64,000 nucleotides of DNA from Spirochaetales bacterium (lineage in GTDB: Bacteria; Spirochaetota; Spirochaetia; SZUA-6; RPPD01): assembly GCA_016929065.1 (NCBI GenBank), contig JAFGJO010000014.1:101-64100 (forward strand). The letters run 5' to 3'. The translations under genes and the position numbers were made by a program. Below the pieces are notes generated by a model. That model was not told the DNA's origin. It ran no database searches and saw nothing but the letters and a program-made list of their open reading frames with translations. This document shows, in pieces, positions 61,737-64,000 of this stretch (positions are counted from its first letter, which is position 1; every line of letters begins with the position of its first letter).

Positions 61737-62840
61737 TTATTGTTCCTCCACTCCATACGGCACAATATCACGATTTCTTCCGGTATACATCAGTGTTTTA
61801 TCTGACCCCAGATACCGTACCTCAGAGGCAAATCCGGTGCGGAAAATAACGGTCTGCGGCGGATAGACAACCAGAAGTTCCTTGCTTTCGCCATTCCGGC
61901 AGACAAGATGCATCAGCTGCTGATCCTGCTGATAATACAATTCAAGGAGCGTCCCCGGAAGATGAACTGCAGACAGATCATGGGTTTCCAGGTCAAGACA
62001 GTACAGCGAATCCTGCTGTTCAAAAAATAAATATTTTGAATCCGGGGAAAACATCATCCGGCGTTCTGTCCTGCCCGGATCATCAATTTCGCTCCGGAAT
62101 ACCTCCTGAAAATTTTCCGTGTCATACAGAACAAGAAACAGGGGGTCAGCCCCGGTCAGAATTGCAAAGTATTTGCCCTGCTCCTGGATTGCCGTACCGT
62201 AAATACAAAGCACCCTGGAGTCATTAATCCTGCCGCCGCTCAGGGTATCCCCGGTTTTTCCAAAAAGCAGAAACTGGCCGTTTGAAAGGCCGAGCAGAGC
62301 CAAATCGGCGTTGGCGGCAAAACTGGTGATCCATGAAGGGACACTCCGACGCCACAATGTAACGCCCTGCCGGTTTACTTCCCGCAGACTGGTACAGTCG
62401 CTCGTGATAATAAAGAGCCGCTCGCCGTCCGCTGCAAACAGCGGATACCCCGGCCCGGAAATGGAGAGCGGGTCATGGCCGTACACATCTCTTTTTACCA
62501 GATCGCCGGGCACCGCCGGATAACTGATAAATCCCTGCGGCGACATGGTGAGTCCGTAATCACTTTTTGCCTGAAAAATTATGGCGTTCTGTGCGTCTAT
62601 ATAGCCGAAGATCCCGTCCTTCCCGGTGTTGAGAAAAAACGGGGTGGCAGATGTCAGGCCTGAACCGACCTGGGTGCCGGCAGGATTTTTTTCTCCTGTT
62701 GTTTCAGGAACATGGACCGCCGGCCGTACCATGACCACCAATTCAGGGATAATCCTGTTTGGGAAAAAGGCGAGGTACATTCCTGCAGCAAGAAAAGACA
62801 AAATAATCAATGATTTGGAAATCAGTTTCTTTTTCTTCAT
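61737..62840 (-). CDS. Hypothetical secreted/membrane-anchored protein, probably beta-propeller-like
   Basis: Start MKKKKLISKSLIILSFLAAGMYLAF; repetitive beta-strand character; no specific motif. Confidence 0.4.
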   Translation of the reverse strand: MKKKKLISKSLIILSFLAAGMYLAFFPNRIIPELVVMVRPAVHVPETTGEKNPAGTQVGSGLTSATPFFLNTGKDGIFGYIDAQNAIIFQAKSDYGLTMSPQGFISYPAVPGDLVKRDVYGHDPLSISGPGYPLFAADGERLFIITSDCTSLREVNRQGVTLWRRSVPSWITSFAANADLALLGLSNGQFLLFGKTGDTLSGGRINDSRVLCIYGTAIQEQGKYFAILTGADPLFLVLYDTENFQEVFRSEIDDPGRTERRMMFSPDSKYLFFEQQDSLYCLDLETHDLSAVHLPGTLLELYYQQDQQLMHLVCRNGESKELLVVYPPQTVIFRTGFASEVRYLGSDKTLMYTGRNRDIVPYGVEEQ

Positions 62841-62982
62841 GCGGTTTGTTTTTCGAATACAGCTGAATGCTGCCCTTTCATGTGTTGATAAAAGAATCGT
62901 ATAATTTTGAAACAGTGTTGTCAAACCCCGTTGACCCATCTGTACTACACGTCTATCATTAACGAATACAAGGAGTTACGGT

Positions 62983-63399
62983 ATGGTGTTTGGAAACGAA
63001 ATACAAATAAATACTGAAGGCTTTTCAAAATGCCACGACATAACCGGAGAGGTGGCAGAAATCGTTGCGGAATCCGGGATCACCAACGGGCTTGTCAATA
63101 TTTCTTCAATTGGTTCAACAGCATCGGTCTCCACCATTGAATACGAGCCGGCTCTGGTGCAGGATCTTGAAGACGAGCTTGAAACGTTTATCCCCGCATC
63201 AAAGCCAACCCGCCATGGCTCCACATGGGGTGATGATAACGGTTTTTCGCACCTGCGCGCCACAATCATGGGCCCGGGCATTACGGTGCCAGTCCATGAA
63301 GGGACGCTGGTGCTGGGTACATGGCAGCAGATTGTCGTCATCGACCACGACAACCGGCCAAGGAACCGACGGGTCTTTGTGCAAGTGATTGGGGAGTAA
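62983..63399 (+). CDS. yjbQ: YjbQ/UPF0047 family protein (secondary thiamine-phosphate synthase-like)
   Basis: 138 aa; ...THGSTWGDDNGFSHLRATIMG...VVIDHDNRPRNRRVFVQVIGE typical YjbQ. Confidence 0.75.
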   Translation: MVFGNEIQINTEGFSKCHDITGEVAEIVAESGITNGLVNISSIGSTASVSTIEYEPALVQDLEDELETFIPASKPTRHGSTWGDDNGFSHLRATIMGPGITVPVHEGTLVLGTWQQIVVIDHDNRPRNRRVFVQVIGE

Positions 63400-63613
63400 A
63401 AACCTTCTGGACAAAATTTCTCACAAAGGCCGCGAAGATGATGAAATTTATTATTCAATTTCCAGGCTGACAAATCTGATTGGGAGATAATCACAAAAAA
63501 TAATTTCAAACTCATCAGATCTGAAGATACAAGGATTCAGCTTCCTTGAAAAATCCATTGACCTCTGAAAATCACCTTGTGTTCTTTGTGTGATCCTTTT
63601 CCTGTTCAGTGTG

Positions 63614-64000
63614 TTATTTCGTCGTCAGGCTGAATACCCCGTCCCAGTTTTTTGCAGGAGGTTTTTTCTTGTATTCCTCGCACCGTTTTATGAATTTTTC
63701 TGCAGGGCCGTCTGTTTCATTCAGCTTGAGTACTTTCTGAAACAGGTGCTTTGCCTTGTCCCATTCCTGATTCCGGAACAGTCCCAGTGCTTCTTCGAAG
63801 ATGGCAACCAATTCAAACATTTCCGGCCTCGCTTCTGATTTTTCGTCAATCAGCTCATAAATCTGGACGGGTTTTTTTATCCCCACAACTTGAACCCGAT
63901 CCAACTGCCGGGTGAGGAACTTTTCAGCGCCTTCTTCGTAGGTCGCCTGAGCAATCAGGATCGCGGTTCCATACTGCTTGTTCACTCCTTCAAGCCGGGC
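63614..64000 (-). CDS. Class III adenylate/guanylate cyclase, C-terminal part (5' end of gene lies beyond window)
   Basis: Translation from the window end: ...GVNKQYGTAILIAQATYEE...LDRVQVVGIKKPVQIYELI matches the CHD cyclase C-terminus. Confidence 0.6.
   Translation of the reverse strand, partial: ARLEGVNKQYGTAILIAQATYEEGAEKFLTRQLDRVQVVGIKKPVQIYELIDEKSEARPEMFELVAIFEEALGLFRNQEWDKAKHLFQKVLKLNETDGPAEKFIKRCEEYKKKPPAKNWDGVFSLTTK

Noticed and set aside
1-64000. CRISPR arrays, tRNA/rRNA genes, transposases or integrases
   Set aside because: No regularly spaced direct repeats, no tRNA-like GTTCGA/TPsiC motifs in intergenic regions, and no ORF with transposase or integrase motifs were seen.

Overview
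This 64 kb window is a chromosomal segment with 1-4 nt gene overlaps throughout, probably from a motile diderm bacterium. The tamB-bamA-skp synteny, tandem tlyC/corC-like genes, a long che operon with cheD, and many STAS/partner-switching genes point to Spirochaetota; this is my inference and cannot be confirmed without a database search.

Contents in map order:
- Nine-gene minus-strand chemotaxis operon (1-8868): cheA, MCP-like, cheY, cheW, mcp, cheR, cheD, cheB (3' truncated by the window edge). cheA carries a single in-frame TAG.
- Partner-switching cluster (8896-12287): a minimal STAS protein, a degenerate standalone HATPase paralog, an orphan ORF, and a PAS-GAF-PP2C-HATPase fusion.
- FecR-domain protein.
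- A true SplB (spore photoproduct lyase) homolog, overlapped at its start by a ParB-N-domain-like ORF.
- recQ.
- Co-directional cluster: hybrid sensor kinase, response regulator, csoR, a 47-aa Cys-rich ORF, copZ, copA, with a CsoR-type operator.
- hom plus an archaeal-type iPGM-like 'proposed homoserine kinase'.
- A secreted ankyrin-repeat protein.
- A small Cys protein and a TPR lipoprotein.
- A secreted vWA protein.
- glmS and a Crp/Fnr regulator.
- A lamin-tail-domain lipoprotein, thioredoxin with a CMPC active site, and a hypothetical protein.
- A phd/vapC toxin-antitoxin cassette bounded by 32-bp imperfect direct repeats.
- A DUF4349 lipoprotein.
- trpE, trpGD, trpCF, with a candidate leader/attenuator and a 24-bp perfect palindrome upstream.
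- Two hypothetical proteins, mutS, a STAS protein and ruvX.
- skp, bamA, tamB.
- Two tandem CNNM/CorC (tlyC-like) genes.
- tmk, a secreted hypothetical, and a STAS protein.
- A beta-propeller protein, an M23 peptidase, a Zn-ribbon SAM methyltransferase, yjbQ, and the 3' end of a class III nucleotidyl cyclase.

I found no rRNA, tRNA, CRISPR array or transposase. The genetic code is standard: TAG and TGA both terminate confident genes.

The most notable observations are the amber codon in the cheA P1 domain, the SplB/ParB-like pair, the degenerate HATPase paralog, the repeat-flanked TA cassette, and the trp leader palindrome.

All coordinates come from the supplied ORF track, adjusted by manual start-codon and RBS inspection. 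Hand-indexed coordinates may be off by 1-2 nt.
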